This document shows positions 63,465 to 64,000 of a stretch of 64,000 bases of DNA, piece after piece. The notes below the pieces were generated by a model that searched no databases, was not told where the DNA came from, and saw nothing but the letters and a program-made list of their open reading frames with translations. A program made the position numbers and the translations under genes. Position 1 is the first letter of the stretch. Each line of letters begins with the position of its first letter. This stretch comes from Utricularia gibba (taxonomy: Eukaryota; Plantae; Magnoliophyta): NCBI GenBank assembly GCA_002189035.1, contig NEEC01000002.1:2480001-2544000 (forward strand). The letters run 5' to 3'.

Positions 63465-64000
63465 ATGTCATCGTCTTCACCTGATAAGAGTCCGATTTTG
63501 GAGCCCATCAAGGCCAGAAAGAACCGGCCTTTGAGCTGGTCCGATCAGTTTTCCGGGGACCCAAATGAGGCCTTGAAGCATGTAATCCTTAAAATGCGTC
63601 TTCAGTCTATTTCTAATTCTGGTTCCACAACGCCCCCCTCGGAGTCTGAACCAGATTCCGCCGATTCGTTGACACCCAACGTACTTTCCGGTTCCACGGA
63701 TTGCTTCGCGCTGTTGAATGATGAGTTGTTGCTTGATGTTTTGAGAAGGGTTTCGGATAGGAAACAGCATATTTCCAACTCGTTGGTTTGCAAGAGATGG
63801 TGTGTGTTATGTGGGAAGCTGATTCAATCGATTACATTGTTGGACTGGGAGTTTTTAGAGTTAGCGAGACTGGGTTTTCGTTTCCCCAATTTGGTTGACA
63901 TCAATATCGTGCCTGCTTGTATTAAATTTGAGATGAATTCTGGGATTTTGTTGCATGCAAGAAATTTGGGGGTTTATTTGAATTCTGGGGATTTCGAAAC
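63465..64000 (+). CDS. F-box/LRR protein (At5g07670/At5g51380-like), 5' part; runs off the window and is absent from the ORF track
   Basis: Open from ATG 63465: MSSSSPDKSP..PLSWSD..LKHVILKMRLQS..LLNDELLLDVL..SNSLVCKRW..LDWEFL..FRFPNL. Confidence 0.85.
   Translation, partial: MSSSSPDKSPILEPIKARKNRPLSWSDQFSGDPNEALKHVILKMRLQSISNSGSTTPPSESEPDSADSLTPNVLSGSTDCFALLNDELLLDVLRRVSDRKQHISNSLVCKRWCVLCGKLIQSITLLDWEFLELARLGFRFPNLVDINIVPACIKFEMNSGILLHARNLGVYLNSGDFE

Noticed and set aside
1-64000. tRNA, rRNA, LTR pairs, Helitron termini
   Set aside because: None recognised by eye; a tRNAscan/LTR search was not possible, so short elements could be missed.

Overview
AT-rich eudicot nuclear DNA with compact, intron-containing genes. 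The recognisable genes are a SET-domain (SETD3/LSMT-like) methyltransferase, an FHA/coiled-coil protein, a clade-A AHL, RPS13, PLATZ, a HAM-type GRAS with a perfect miR171 site, plastid CDP-DAG synthase, VAP27, a PPIL3/CYP18-1 cyclophilin, OST subunit KCP2 and an F-box/LRR gene running off the right edge. From memory of the Arabidopsis homologues (At1g01920/01940, At2g45140-45460, At3g60600-60870) most form an ancestral neighbourhood; this was not checked by search. The neighbourhood has been heavily rearranged by nested inverted duplications centred on an unrecognised family of small 4-TM proteins. The family has about 11 copies or fragments in at least 2 subfamilies; subfamily B is a two-exon gene whose spliced ORF the ORF track misses. 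Each of two subfamilies has produced a fold-back hairpin (776-1082 and 5473-6183), and these sit on either side of the SET gene. A ~4.9-kb near-identical inverted repeat (12.8-17.7 / 44.5-49.4 kb) brackets a 26.8-kb gene block. Its arms are mosaics of TM, VAP, FHA and cyclophilin fragments joined at microhomologies. A decayed Copia remnant and MITE-like repeats are also present. Several -1 frameshifts in G/C runs (AHL, HAM and others) look like sequencing errors. All identities are by-eye estimates; gene names come from recognition of translated sequence only.
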